From: a virus
Taxonomy: Duplodnaviria; Caudoviricetes
Length of the DNA stretch: 64,000 nt
Direction: 5' to 3' (one strand)
IMG/VR virus record: IMGVR_UViG_3300028048_000064
Span: 64,001 to 128,000 of that record
Of this stretch, positions 11,501 to 22,356 are shown one piece after another. Numbering within the stretch: the stretch's first letter is position 1; each line of letters starts with the position of its first letter. Under the pieces are notes generated by a model. The model saw only the letters and a program-made list of their open reading frames with translations, was not told the origin of the DNA and made no database searches. The position numbers and the translations under genes were made by a program.

Positions 11501-14500
11501 TGGGTAAAAATCCTTACTACTACGATGCATTTGATGGTGGTAATGGCACATTCCCACGTTATGAAAATTCATTCTATTTCTACTTTGGCTTAAAGGTTGG
11601 AAAGACAGCATTGGATAAGTTTAATAGTCAGTTCTTCAGTGAATGTACAAATGTTGCCAATGCTGAGGATGCTGTACAGATAGTTTCAAAGGGAAATACG
11701 TGGTGCTCAGAGATTAATGATAGTTATGGTGACGAAGCCCTTGATGATGGAATTATAACACCAAGTGAAATGACAGGCTTGGATGATAATGACGGATATG
11801 TTAAATTTGATTTGACAGAAGTTTCATTACCTTGTGATATTGACATTATCAATTTGGATAATTCAGTGTATGTATATCCGACAATAGAACAAAATACATA
11901 CGAAAAAATAGCAATTGGTAAATATTGGTACAATCATATTGCTTCAGTAGATGAAAAGAAAGGTTATACATTAATTTCATCAATACCTGCATTAAAGAAT
12001 GGTTCTTATAAAGTTGTTATAACAGATAATGACGGAAATATAATGGAATTTAGATTTAACATGACATCTGACTTCCTGACGTTTAAGACTGAAGCAACAT
12101 CATTTAGACAACCGGATAATGTATTGCCTGATGACATGGAGGTTATTGCTAATAATACCGATGGTGTGGATTGTACTAGTAGTGATTATGATTTACACTC
12201 TTCACGTACCATTGGTGGTACTATATTGGTTGATACGATAATTGATAATCAGACAAGTGATTTATTAGATAATTTCCTAATTACCGTAGACTCTGAAAAG
12301 AACATTGGTTATCGCCCTGACGATGGTGATGGAAAATACCATTTTGCCATAAAGTATAAAATACAAAGACCGATACGTCCGGCAGAAATATCTTATGACG
12401 ATGATGGTATAATAGATGCAGAAACGGGATGGATTACTGATGGTAATGATGATGCATTACTTTGTACAAAAGTTGTACAAGAGGGGTCAAAGATAGAAAA
12501 TGTGATGTTCCTAATTGGCGTACCAAAGAGTGATGAGAATTACATTATAAAGGTAAGGCAACTCTGTAATGGCGTTGAAACACAAAATGTTTCTACACAG
12601 TATGTAAAGGTTAAATCTGCTACACCATTTAAGATGTACATCAATGATGTTGTTGATTATGATGTTATTTCACATTGGAAAACTGGGTGGTATGCTGATG
12701 GTAAAAGAAAAATCTCTTATGATGGTATTGTAAGCCCTAATTGGTATAATATTGGCGATAACAATGACTATAAGTGGGAAAACTACAGTAACATGAAAGA
12801 CAACATGGATGCTCTTCAAACAAAATTTGAAGAAAGAACTGCTTTGATTGATAGTTTAAGCAATGCAATTAATGGTATCCCGTCTGCATATTCAAGTTTC
12901 AAGCCAATTGTATATACAGGAATTGAGAATGATATCGAAACCAATATTTCATACTATCCAAGCGTAAATGGGCAACTTACGGATGATTACATTAAAGAAA
13001 ATATAGAAAATGAACAAAAGAGTATTATAAATGACAATGTTGCACAGACAGGTACCATTTATTATTTTAATGAGCTGATTAATAACGGAAATGACCAAAT
13101 CCGTGACATTAATGAAAGAGTTAGTACAGGAACTAATCCGTATATGTTTGGTATTAATCAATTAAATGAGTATATTAATACTTGGAGTAGAGAAATTGAG
13201 AGGATTGAATCTAAGGATGAATTAACAGAAGAAGATGAAAATCTTATAGGTGACTATACTACAAGAATATTATTATTCCAAGATGCTGTTTCTACTCTTC
13301 AAGCACAGATTACTAATATAGAAAATAATATTAATAATTGGCAAGATATTATTACATCATTAACTGAATGGATTAATTATGACAATGATATTTTAGAGCG
13401 TTTTGAAACAATTAGGGAACAACAATTGGAATTTGTTGATACGATGCGTTTAACATTCCAATTAACATGTCCGAATGAAGAAAAGAGCATAAGATTTAAA
13501 GGTATTACCGATGATACACCGGTTTCATTTGTCAGTGCCTTCAGAGGTGAGGAAACATTGTCAGAAGAGGTTAGGAATACACTTGAAAAACAAATATCAA
13601 ATGGTAATATTGGCTTACTTGATAATATTACTATACCAAGTTTGACTTATACAGAAAGTGAAAAATTTGGTAATACAGATTATAGGATTGGAGCAACAAA
13701 TTATTGTTTCGGTACTGATAATAGAGCTGATTTCACTGAGAATAAGGCTACAGGAGGCTCAGTACAAGTAAAACCTATTAAATATCCTTATTTCATTGGC
13801 ATTAAAAATAAGGCTGATAAAGTTATACCGAATGATTTGGATTTTGACGGTGTTCACAATTTATTTGGCTTCCATATTGTAGATAAGATTTTCAATATGG
13901 AATATGCTGCATGGTCATCATTTATTGACTTACCATATTTCGGTATATTACATGATGCAATGAAAGAGGAAAAAGTCAGAATGAGTGGTATATTTGCAAG
14001 TAATGTTTTAAACGGTTATATTAATAGCAAAGATGAAAATGGTATTACAACGTTCCAAAAACAACGTTATGGTAATAATGGAATTAAGATATATACTCCA
14101 ATTAGTAATGATAATACAGAAGAAACATTACCTACAAAGAGATACATTATTTCAGAAGACTATGGGATAGATGTTGATAATTATGATTTAAATACGGATG
14201 AAGGTAAAGAGGCCTTAACAATTGACACATTGGCAGTTGTTGAGAATATTCTTGATGGTATTGGAACAGAATATAATGAAAATGCATTAAAGGCATATAT
14301 TAAGAGTAAAATCACTTATGCAACACAATACGGAATGAATGCATTTGAATATGCATTAACTAATTTCTTGCCATGTCCGAATTATAAAATAACCAAAGTA
14401 TATGAAGGTGGTAATGATGTAACCGGCAAGTACTTGCATCAATATTTGACAGTACCTAATAAGAATAACTCAGTTAAGGTTACTGATAAAAATGCTTGTT

Positions 14501-15816
14501 CAAACAGTTTTAATGTCTATGGTCCGATGAAGGTTGTTTTGGATGAAGAAGAGTCTTATCAGGATATACGTTATATTGAAGATGATGAGGATGAATATGA
14601 TTTAGGTAAATTATCATTTAATGTGGAAGGTGCAAGTGGTAAGGGTGTAACATATTACATTTTTAATATAAGTGACGTAATAGACCAAAAAGGTGAACCT
14701 CGTGACCGATATCCACTAAATTATATTAATAAACTCTATTTAACAATGCAAGATGGTGGCAATGAAGTTAAATTGCCAATATGCCAATTGATGTATACTG
14801 GGGATGAGTCAATGACCGGCGTTTTTAGAAATGACCAAAATACGGCAAAATATTTGTTTAATATAAACACAACAAAAAGTTTATTACAGACATATTGTGA
14901 TACAGGTGTTCCATCACAGTCTTCAGACCCAACAACAGGAAGAACATATCAGACTATGGGCTATGGTAATAATGGTGAATTTGGAATGAATTGGAGAACA
15001 AGACACACATCACCATCAGCAATGCATTATGTTGTTGCTGTTAGTGAAAATAACTGCATGGCTATATCTCCGGTATTTGATTTTTCAGAGATAAAATGTG
15101 ATATACAGTTGGTAAAGGTTTATATTAGAAAAAACCCTGGTGATGAAAATACTTTGATGTATAAATGTAAAATGTGGGTAAATAATTTAGGTGACATCTA
15201 TTATTTAAGAAATTATCCATTTACAGTCTCACTTATGTATACTGATAATGTTGACCATGTGGTTTTATCTACTGCTGAGGTTGATGCCGGCAACACTAGT
15301 CCTGCGTATTTTGACATCACAGCTGAACAATATGATGCCATTGGCAATGAATATTTCTGGCCATATATCCGTCTTACAGATTGTACAACATTACGCCATA
15401 TGATTGGCCCTAGCAGACATTGGCCATTCTACGATGAAAAGCTTGAAATTGAATGGCAGACAAATGGTGGATATTGGTGTATCAAGCAGTTTGCACAGAA
15501 TGAGACGTTAGACCAACAAGATATAGTTTTCTATGAAAATGCGGAACAAATAAACGACCAAAGAAACAGACAATTATATGCCACAAATAGTGAAACTGCT
15601 CAAACCTATTATCTTAATTACAATATCCGAAGTGATGATTATTGGTCAAGCCCTACCAATACAAAAAGTATTTTAAAGAAAAAGAAAAGTGGCGGCGGAT
15701 ATTATACATTTAGAGGGTGGGCTTTGCAGCCTGATGGAAATCCAATGCCGTTTAATATAAGTGAACAACTTGTATATAATACACCAATTACTTGGTATGC
15801 AATTTGGGGTGAATAA
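8512..15816 (+). CDS. very large (2434 aa) virion/baseplate-associated protein
   Basis: Lies in the structural block. N-terminal GRVLANGGFGVPNAKISIF...TNSAGDY resembles a prealbumin-like fold. Has a Cys-rich and hydrophobic segment, a coiled coil, and a C-terminal TFRGW...WYAIW resembling a Listeria-Bacteroides repeat. Confidence 0.6.
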   Translation: MAENYKSYRIRTNVGQDSPNVINVQLDQTYDAFEILSLKIDSDNAYNLFQSDKGIIVGRVLANGGFGVPNAKISIFIPTDDTMDMEKHILYPYSSVNDTNNDRIRYNLLPDEKDEACYQNVGTFPNKRYVLDNDDVIEVFDRFWKYTTVTNSAGDYMMYGIPTGSQTLHADIDLSDIGLLSVRPIDMMYKGFNINQFESPNKFKQDTNLNSLAQIKTQDVGVFVYPFWGDSTDNPENIAVTRCDIQVDYKFEPTCVFIGSIITDTGSNAIGKNCAGTDEVGKMSDLVAGEGSIEMIRKTFDGKVEQFQIKGNRVIDGDGVWCYQIPMNLDYVMTDEYGNLVPSDNPDKGIPTRARVRFRISLDDAISDSTARKRCKYLVPNNPRMDEERFPEFYKSHEADYEFGSNTKEESYCDLFWNKVYSVKNYIPRIQKNTKITNRKHTGIKLINHYGDNNPMPYNNLSLKLSFTYRFICVLTKIFILLVTFLNGIITLLAAVPCILYSLFQTIADLFNSMRIRIRAFGKTLIDICLGCPIGAVFQTFADLFHAIIPSCIAISSDFCAGDVTHAYTYYSGCGRFLGIRMSWLSCAWDVTQDRHNEEQAELDNPEDRTTAQNENAELYNCVESELAESNDAASFNFQNDWINGSLYAPLWFRKITPKKKFLFGTITRKAKDEWCSSDHVYTGSLRLYYPCAVNRNGNQSYTNHNGDIENARYMNADTGCGDDCHTNYTPVGLNNGLILTRQTMLGQTVYYYKAVEYDATIKDIKLLFASDIILLGSLNDCDLNGVPQFFKSLESSTYKLPSNMLFTDNEIKISFSPDGKQVKSVDQVSHTEMTGNDWGNSNDDMCNGDDGGLFYDIGCSSIELEPKSCINLSRICEFGVSLDEAKQVPDLAALQSDETGNSSFSTLIPDGFISKDELYNDDWRSMFATMNGNELKTKLNKENGLKEYDFRYLYVDNFDNSLQSEMRNSQRNCGDYTYRNNYKLEMFSPGYYDFRMGKNPYYYDAFDGGNGTFPRYENSFYFYFGLKVGKTALDKFNSQFFSECTNVANAEDAVQIVSKGNTWCSEINDSYGDEALDDGIITPSEMTGLDDNDGYVKFDLTEVSLPCDIDIINLDNSVYVYPTIEQNTYEKIAIGKYWYNHIASVDEKKGYTLISSIPALKNGSYKVVITDNDGNIMEFRFNMTSDFLTFKTEATSFRQPDNVLPDDMEVIANNTDGVDCTSSDYDLHSSRTIGGTILVDTIIDNQTSDLLDNFLITVDSEKNIGYRPDDGDGKYHFAIKYKIQRPIRPAEISYDDDGIIDAETGWITDGNDDALLCTKVVQEGSKIENVMFLIGVPKSDENYIIKVRQLCNGVETQNVSTQYVKVKSATPFKMYINDVVDYDVISHWKTGWYADGKRKISYDGIVSPNWYNIGDNNDYKWENYSNMKDNMDALQTKFEERTALIDSLSNAINGIPSAYSSFKPIVYTGIENDIETNISYYPSVNGQLTDDYIKENIENEQKSIINDNVAQTGTIYYFNELINNGNDQIRDINERVSTGTNPYMFGINQLNEYINTWSREIERIESKDELTEEDENLIGDYTTRILLFQDAVSTLQAQITNIENNINNWQDIITSLTEWINYDNDILERFETIREQQLEFVDTMRLTFQLTCPNEEKSIRFKGITDDTPVSFVSAFRGEETLSEEVRNTLEKQISNGNIGLLDNITIPSLTYTESEKFGNTDYRIGATNYCFGTDNRADFTENKATGGSVQVKPIKYPYFIGIKNKADKVIPNDLDFDGVHNLFGFHIVDKIFNMEYAAWSSFIDLPYFGILHDAMKEEKVRMSGIFASNVLNGYINSKDENGITTFQKQRYGNNGIKIYTPISNDNTEETLPTKRYIISEDYGIDVDNYDLNTDEGKEALTIDTLAVVENILDGIGTEYNENALKAYIKSKITYATQYGMNAFEYALTNFLPCPNYKITKVYEGGNDVTGKYLHQYLTVPNKNNSVKVTDKNACSNSFNVYGPMKVVLDEEESYQDIRYIEDDEDEYDLGKLSFNVEGASGKGVTYYIFNISDVIDQKGEPRDRYPLNYINKLYLTMQDGGNEVKLPICQLMYTGDESMTGVFRNDQNTAKYLFNINTTKSLLQTYCDTGVPSQSSDPTTGRTYQTMGYGNNGEFGMNWRTRHTSPSAMHYVVAVSENNCMAISPVFDFSEIKCDIQLVKVYIRKNPGDENTLMYKCKMWVNNLGDIYYLRNYPFTVSLMYTDNVDHVVLSTAEVDAGNTSPAYFDITAEQYDAIGNEYFWPYIRLTDCTTLRHMIGPSRHWPFYDEKLEIEWQTNGGYWCIKQFAQNETLDQQDIVFYENAEQINDQRNRQLYATNSETAQTYYLNYNIRSDDYWSSPTNTKSILKKKKSGGGYYTFRGWALQPDGNPMPFNISEQLVYNTPITWYAIWGE

Positions 15817-15854
15817 TTTTTGACTAAAAAATATTTAGAATAAAGGCATAATCA

Positions 15855-18596
15855 ATGAGTACAACAATTAGGTTAGGACAGACAGACTCTGTAAATTCAG
15901 TAAACAGACAGAATTTTTTGGATGTGGAACTTAAAAACACATCCAAACTTTCCCATTTTACTGATATAAAGACAACTATTGACCAATATGAGCAATTTGT
16001 TAATGAAAGGGAAAAATGTGACAAATACAGATTAATCCTTACGATTAACCCATATTGTTCTAATGTTCTATTTAATACCATCACTGAAGTGGTATATGCT
16101 GAGGGTTCTACCTATTGTGAAAATGTAGTTGGAGAGAATAAGGCTGAAAATGTAAATAGCAGAAGTGGCGTAGTCTATGGTTTACCTGACCCCACAAGGT
16201 TTCAAATGATAGCAGATACCGAGTATTCTAAAATTGGTACTGCAAAAAGAAGTGAATATGAAGAAAATTATGTCTATCATCCGGGGTATGATATTTTCAA
16301 TAATCATACATTAAGGAATACAACATTCAAGATTGTCAATAAGTTAAAGAATAGTAGCGAAGACGCAAAGAAGGTATTCAATACAATTGCTGACACTATG
16401 CGTTATCAAGACGGCTCAGAGGTTAAGTTTAAAAGAAGAGAGGTCTTTGAGGTTGGTGATGCACAGACAAAGCATTTATATTTAAATGAGGATGTTTTAA
16501 CATATGAGGACAGTGTGAATGCCAACTTAACAGAGGAAAACGGTTGGTATGGTTTCATTAATGCATCTACAATACAGTCAAAAAACCCGACGGATAGTTT
16601 TAATGATTTAGGAATTGCGTATACGTTAAATGACCGCAAGCCTTGTGAGTTTATTGATATGTATCCTGACAGGACGTTGTATTCATTTACACCTAAATAC
16701 AATAAGTACCGTCATAGATTAGAACATAATTGGGACATTATCCTTACATATCCTTATGAAAAGACTAATGAATATGATGTTGTTAGTTTTGAAGATGGGA
16801 ATAAACGTGTTAGTGCGTTAACAATTGTTTCGGCCACAAAGACATATGGAATGAGTGGTGAATGTGTGGTATTATTCAGATGTCTTACTAAACATGGGCT
16901 TAAACGTGGTGATACTGTACGTTTTTATTATGATAATAACGGATGGAAGACATATGAAAAGGATTTCATGGTGAAAGATGTAGGTGATATGAATAAGGAG
17001 AAGAAAGAATATTACTTCTATATTACCGATATGGACTTCATACGTTTTGTTGCAGGTAGCACTTATGCAAATGCAACTGATGAAGAATTACCGCAACCGA
17101 TTGACATGAAATACCGTTTTGCAAGGGTTGTCAATGGCGAACCTTGTGAATATTATATCAGAAAATTCAAGAAATTGCCTAATTTCAAGTTTAGAAAGGA
17201 GAATTTCTCACTTGATGGGTATTATGGAATTGATGACATTGATAGTTACAGGGCATATATTAATAGATATGTTGATGAGAATGCAAAGGAAGATGACAAA
17301 ATGGTGTTGTTTGACCATGAACAATATAAATTAGGCTTTGCATCAACAATTTACAATGATGATACAACGCAAGTAACATTTACAGATACAATTGACGTTG
17401 AAAACCTTGTAGATGAGTTCGGAAGACCTTTGACAGAAATATATGCAACAGTTATTAAAACAAATAGAGGCCATGAGGAATGGTATGGAGGTGAAGTATC
17501 TAACGACAAAGTTGAATTTTCACATTGTTTTGGTAAGGTATCATGTGGACTTTTATTCTCACAAGAATATACTGATAGGTCTGCTAAAGTTATAGGTGAG
17601 GCAAATGATACATGTGTGTTAGATTATCGAACAACTTATGGTGATATTACATGTATGTATTATGAAGCAACTAATTGTATAGGTGGAAATGCTTATGATA
17701 CAGACATTACGGTTGACAATAAGGATGAATTTTTTGGAGATATCATAGAATTTACCCCCTCTAAGGTGGAAACAAGAATAATTCAGCCGTTTTCGTTTAG
17801 ATTTAATACAAGACAGCGTGAGTTAAATGATAATAATAACTACAAATTAGTCTATACAGAGATAGAAACAGATGATTATGATAAAGATGGTTTTGTAATA
17901 AAAGACACAACAGTTAATAGTCAAATTTCTCTCCGTCCTGAAGGCTATTATTATCAAGCCCATTACCGTATTCCAATACGTGAGTTCGGTTCTGTAAATC
18001 AGGATTCTCATTATGATATTATTTTGTCTGATATATCAATAGTGCAAGCGGATGCCATATATATTAAGCTTGTGGCTGTTAGGAATGCGCATTTATCTGT
18101 TGGTGATACATTATATATGTGTATAGACAGTGAGAATAAGATGTATGAATTTGTTGTTACGTACATTGAAAACCGTGTAACATATTATGTAGTACCTAAG
18201 TGTCCGGCTAATGACAGCCCTTGGCATTATTTCACAGAGAAAACGTGGTATGATATTGTAAATGAAACTAAAACAAGGAAAAAAGAAGATGGTACTATTG
18301 TTTTCCGTAAGGTAAATGAAAATATTCCTATATATGCGCAGAAAGTAGCAAATAATACCTATTTGTGGAGAGATGTATTGAAACCCGGTGATAAAGACAT
18401 TCTTAATTTACCCGAATATGCTTATGCAAATGACAGTTTCTATATCACAAATGAAATTAATTTCTTCTTGAAGAGGCAAGACCCACAGGGTATGAATAAT
18501 TTATATTGTGATGATGGTTTCCCGAATGATATTTCAGGAAATATCAAGAAAGAATCTAATTATTTCTATAGAAAGGAAAACGAGGTTGTATGTTAA
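15855..18596 (+). CDS. putative virion structural protein (913 aa)
   Basis: Long ORF in the baseplate/tail operon; no family recognised. Confidence 0.5.
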   Translation: MSTTIRLGQTDSVNSVNRQNFLDVELKNTSKLSHFTDIKTTIDQYEQFVNEREKCDKYRLILTINPYCSNVLFNTITEVVYAEGSTYCENVVGENKAENVNSRSGVVYGLPDPTRFQMIADTEYSKIGTAKRSEYEENYVYHPGYDIFNNHTLRNTTFKIVNKLKNSSEDAKKVFNTIADTMRYQDGSEVKFKRREVFEVGDAQTKHLYLNEDVLTYEDSVNANLTEENGWYGFINASTIQSKNPTDSFNDLGIAYTLNDRKPCEFIDMYPDRTLYSFTPKYNKYRHRLEHNWDIILTYPYEKTNEYDVVSFEDGNKRVSALTIVSATKTYGMSGECVVLFRCLTKHGLKRGDTVRFYYDNNGWKTYEKDFMVKDVGDMNKEKKEYYFYITDMDFIRFVAGSTYANATDEELPQPIDMKYRFARVVNGEPCEYYIRKFKKLPNFKFRKENFSLDGYYGIDDIDSYRAYINRYVDENAKEDDKMVLFDHEQYKLGFASTIYNDDTTQVTFTDTIDVENLVDEFGRPLTEIYATVIKTNRGHEEWYGGEVSNDKVEFSHCFGKVSCGLLFSQEYTDRSAKVIGEANDTCVLDYRTTYGDITCMYYEATNCIGGNAYDTDITVDNKDEFFGDIIEFTPSKVETRIIQPFSFRFNTRQRELNDNNNYKLVYTEIETDDYDKDGFVIKDTTVNSQISLRPEGYYYQAHYRIPIREFGSVNQDSHYDIILSDISIVQADAIYIKLVAVRNAHLSVGDTLYMCIDSENKMYEFVVTYIENRVTYYVVPKCPANDSPWHYFTEKTWYDIVNETKTRKKEDGTIVFRKVNENIPIYAQKVANNTYLWRDVLKPGDKDILNLPEYAYANDSFYITNEINFFLKRQDPQGMNNLYCDDGFPNDISGNIKKESNYFYRKENEVVC

Positions 18597-20410
18597 AATA
18601 TCAGTTAAATGTTAATAAGATAAAGAATGATATTGTCCCAATTGTTTTGAATGAATATTCAATTGAGACCTTGCAAGGTGATGCCTTTAAGGATAAGAAG
18701 ATGCTTGCTTGTTATACAGAAGAAGACATTGATTTTGATATGGGGGCAAATATTGTTTCCATGTATGAACAATATATGGTTAATGACGATTTTATTTCCT
18801 CAACAGCCTACAATTTCAATACAATTTATCATCCATTTGGTGTTAATAAGGAGAAAAAGTTCTTTTCCCTATTGTTTGATGCATATTTCTATTTGACAGC
18901 AGATAGAACAAGCATTATAACAGATGAAGATGACAATAATAAACAATGGTGGTATATATGGTTTAATGGAAGCCATTTATTTGAAACAGAAAATAGTCAA
19001 ACATATACATTATATGTAGGATATAATACAGCAAATGGCTATACAAAAGGAGAAATAGAAGTAACTGCTGATAATGTTGTAACAAGTTCGGTTTTAAGAT
19101 TTGAAAAAAGTGTACTTGAGTCTCTTGATAATCTTGAATGGGAAGAATTGAGAAATGTAATATTTTTTGAAGAAGATGGCAGACAAGTAAGTGACTTGAC
19201 AAATGTATCATTTTTCCGTGACAATTTCATTTTCACTGATGGTATGTTCAGTTTGTTCCTTGATAGGGCAACTGAAGGTGTAATAGTACCATTAAGTCAG
19301 AAATTTTCAACTGATTTGCTTCAAGATGAGTTGATAAATCATGATTTTGTCAATGAGGAACGTAGAAAGGCTATTAATCGTATTACCGATATGGAAAAGG
19401 ATATCTATTATCCTGTTATTTGGGATACTGCTAATAAAAGGATATATTACAGCAATAGTGGTGGCAAGGTTAAGAACGGTGAAGTATATAACATAGAGTT
19501 TAATCTTCATTTCAGAAAGCATGAGGGTGATAATTGGTTAGTTAGTCCAACAAGTTATTGGAATGGGGTTAATGACAACGCCACTTTTTATAGTAATGGT
19601 TTTTTCAATACGGCATATCCAAATAAGGAGAGTCAACCTGACTTATTGACATACCTTGGTTTTACCAATAATGATGTGAAATATCAGAAGAATAAGTTAA
19701 AGAAGTCATTTTTAAGACTTATGTTCTTTGATTCGATGAGTCCCACAAATCAAAATCTTCTTGCTTATTATACGGTATTCATGGATAGTGGTGGATATTT
19801 CAGTAAATTCGTAAAGTATGTTGAATTGACTGACTATTATAAAGCTCCGGCAGATGGCGGAAGAGCAATAACTGATTTGGTTGGTTTAAGGGTCGATAGA
19901 GAACCTACAATTGATGAAAGGGGAGAACTTATACAAGAAAGCACCGTTGATGAAGTAAGATTAGGTACACGTTTTATTATTTCGGATAAATATTCATCCG
20001 ATGCATCAAGTGAGGGTTTTTACCTATATTTGTGGAAAGACAATTTTGAGGGTACTGTACCACAGGATATTTATATGAAGGTTGAGTTTAACCATGCGGG
20101 CTATGGAAGAACAATACCATTTATGATGCCATTCTGGGATAATAAGAAATGGCCAAGTAAAAAAGGTATTAAAACCTTTGAAGAAATACTTGCGGATTGG
20201 AAAAATGGAAGTGGTACAGACGGCCCTTATGGTATTCAGCAATATTTGAAATATTCATATATTCATTTTAAGTACCGTTATGATAAGGCTACTAAACGTC
20301 ATGTATATTATCTTGATGATGAGTTCTATGGAACAGACCCAAGTAAAGGTGGTGTACATTTCGCCAATAATAAAATAACTTTAAACCTTTATGAGGCAAA
20401 AATAGTATAG
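18590..20410 (+). CDS. putative virion structural protein (606 aa)
   Basis: Overlaps the upstream gene; structural-operon context. Confidence 0.5.
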   Translation: MLKYQLNVNKIKNDIVPIVLNEYSIETLQGDAFKDKKMLACYTEEDIDFDMGANIVSMYEQYMVNDDFISSTAYNFNTIYHPFGVNKEKKFFSLLFDAYFYLTADRTSIITDEDDNNKQWWYIWFNGSHLFETENSQTYTLYVGYNTANGYTKGEIEVTADNVVTSSVLRFEKSVLESLDNLEWEELRNVIFFEEDGRQVSDLTNVSFFRDNFIFTDGMFSLFLDRATEGVIVPLSQKFSTDLLQDELINHDFVNEERRKAINRITDMEKDIYYPVIWDTANKRIYYSNSGGKVKNGEVYNIEFNLHFRKHEGDNWLVSPTSYWNGVNDNATFYSNGFFNTAYPNKESQPDLLTYLGFTNNDVKYQKNKLKKSFLRLMFFDSMSPTNQNLLAYYTVFMDSGGYFSKFVKYVELTDYYKAPADGGRAITDLVGLRVDREPTIDERGELIQESTVDEVRLGTRFIISDKYSSDASSEGFYLYLWKDNFEGTVPQDIYMKVEFNHAGYGRTIPFMMPFWDNKKWPSKKGIKTFEEILADWKNGSGTDGPYGIQQYLKYSYIHFKYRYDKATKRHVYYLDDEFYGTDPSKGGVHFANNKITLNLYEAKIV

Positions 20411-20415
20411 AGGAT

Positions 20416-22302
20416 ATGAAAAAGATACAGAAAACCATATGTAGAGAGGAATTGAAATCACGTATTCCAGGTTTATTTGCCTATATAGAGGAAAATGATG
20501 CCGACGAATTTAAGTTGCATAAGGCAACTGATTCGTTGCAAGGCTGTTGGGGCAAAATCATAGAGAATATCAAGTTGCCAAATGGAATAAATCTTAAAAT
20601 CGGTAATGAAACAATATTAAGTCAGTATGATACAAATAAGAAAGAACCTGTTTATTCATATCGTACATTAATCAGTTATTACTACCAATATAAGGATTAT
20701 CCTTTTAAAACAAGTGTTGACGACGGTAGCTTTATTGGGTTTATGGAAGAAGGCATCGGAAAGATAGAGATTAATTTTACCACGCTTGGACTGAATGAAA
20801 AAGATAATGACCTTGTGCCACATTATATCTATTTGGCCAATGTAAGGAATTTAATCAACCAATATTCAAAGTTAAAGGTTATATATGATTATTACAAAGA
20901 TGAAGAAAATGTAGAAAGTGATATTTGTTGCCTTTTAGCCAAATATATAAGGATGGGTGGTGACATCATGTATAATGAATTAATACGTTTGAATGATATT
21001 GCCGAAACAGAAGCAACTAAATATTATGGCTATGCTGTTAAGGATGCAGATGAGGTTAATAACAAGGTTACAAAGAAACTAACCTTGAATATGGGTATAA
21101 ATTTAAACCAATCAATTCATGATATAGGTTATCTGTCTTGCTACCTTAATGATTGGGTTGGGGGTGATGCCCATAAAGAAGGTGAATTATATACCTATGA
21201 TGGAAACACATACGTTTGTATGAAAGATAATAATGATGAGTTCAATAAGGAAACATTTGAATTTGATTTTAAGGAAGACTCAAGGCATTTTCAGAAATTA
21301 ACAGACATTAGTCGATGGCCTAAACCTTTACAACCGGGTAATAAAACCATACGTGACAATATTATTAAAGCCGATAACCCATATGGTACAAAATTTGTTG
21401 TTGAACGTGATGAATATGAATTAGATTATTCTGCCGATAGTAAATTGAAGTCACTTAGAAGATATAAGACATATATCAATGGTGAGGATATTGAGGAAGA
21501 ACCGTCTGATAACGAGGATTGGCTATTCTATTACAGAATAGGTGTTGTGTCTAACTATACTACCGTTACAGATGAATTTGGGAATATTTGTGATATAGAA
21601 GAACTTAATAAAGGTAATAAAGTTGCGGCTGAAACTGGTGATAAACTTGCTGCATTTGGCAATGTAATTACCAATATAGTTGCAAATAAGAATAAGCGAA
21701 CAATAACATTTACATATGTGATAAATGCTCATTTGAAGTCTTCTGAATTACAACCTGAAAAGATAAACGGTAACTATCCAACTGATGACGACGGTAATAA
21801 ACTTTATAAGTTCAAGGATTTTGTCTATGATGATAGCACTGCATATAAGCATTATGGTGTGAAATATGAAGAAACTTATACATATGATGAAGGCAGTGAA
21901 CTTGATACGTTGGTAAAAGGACAAGATGCATTCACGTTTTATGAATATGTAAATGACATTAACGATACAATAACATCATACAATAAGTATGCTTTCAGTT
22001 TGGTTAATTCTACACGTTATTATGATAAGCGGCTAGATACACAGATAGTATCAATTCCTTATGTAAAAAGTGACTATGAAGCCATTATAAAAAACGAAAC
22101 AGACTATTTATTTGCAGATACATTCAAGAGAGATTATCTGAATGATATAACATATAAACCAACTGTTGAGAATGATGTGAGGATAGACAGAGGTAACTAT
22201 GCTGCATTTGAAAAACATTTGAAACTTGGCGAAATCAAGTCTATGGAAACAATGGAAAACTTCTCTAATGGTTCATTCTTCAATATACAGAAGGTTAATT
22301 AA
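20416..22302 (+). CDS. putative virion structural protein (628 aa)
   Basis: Operon context only. Confidence 0.5.
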   Translation: MKKIQKTICREELKSRIPGLFAYIEENDADEFKLHKATDSLQGCWGKIIENIKLPNGINLKIGNETILSQYDTNKKEPVYSYRTLISYYYQYKDYPFKTSVDDGSFIGFMEEGIGKIEINFTTLGLNEKDNDLVPHYIYLANVRNLINQYSKLKVIYDYYKDEENVESDICCLLAKYIRMGGDIMYNELIRLNDIAETEATKYYGYAVKDADEVNNKVTKKLTLNMGINLNQSIHDIGYLSCYLNDWVGGDAHKEGELYTYDGNTYVCMKDNNDEFNKETFEFDFKEDSRHFQKLTDISRWPKPLQPGNKTIRDNIIKADNPYGTKFVVERDEYELDYSADSKLKSLRRYKTYINGEDIEEEPSDNEDWLFYYRIGVVSNYTTVTDEFGNICDIEELNKGNKVAAETGDKLAAFGNVITNIVANKNKRTITFTYVINAHLKSSELQPEKINGNYPTDDDGNKLYKFKDFVYDDSTAYKHYGVKYEETYTYDEGSELDTLVKGQDAFTFYEYVNDINDTITSYNKYAFSLVNSTRYYDKRLDTQIVSIPYVKSDYEAIIKNETDYLFADTFKRDYLNDITYKPTVENDVRIDRGNYAAFEKHLKLGEIKSMETMENFSNGSFFNIQKVN

Positions 22303-22356
22303 CATTTGAAAAAATTGAGTTTTTAATATAAATTAATAGATATACAGACAAGGTAG

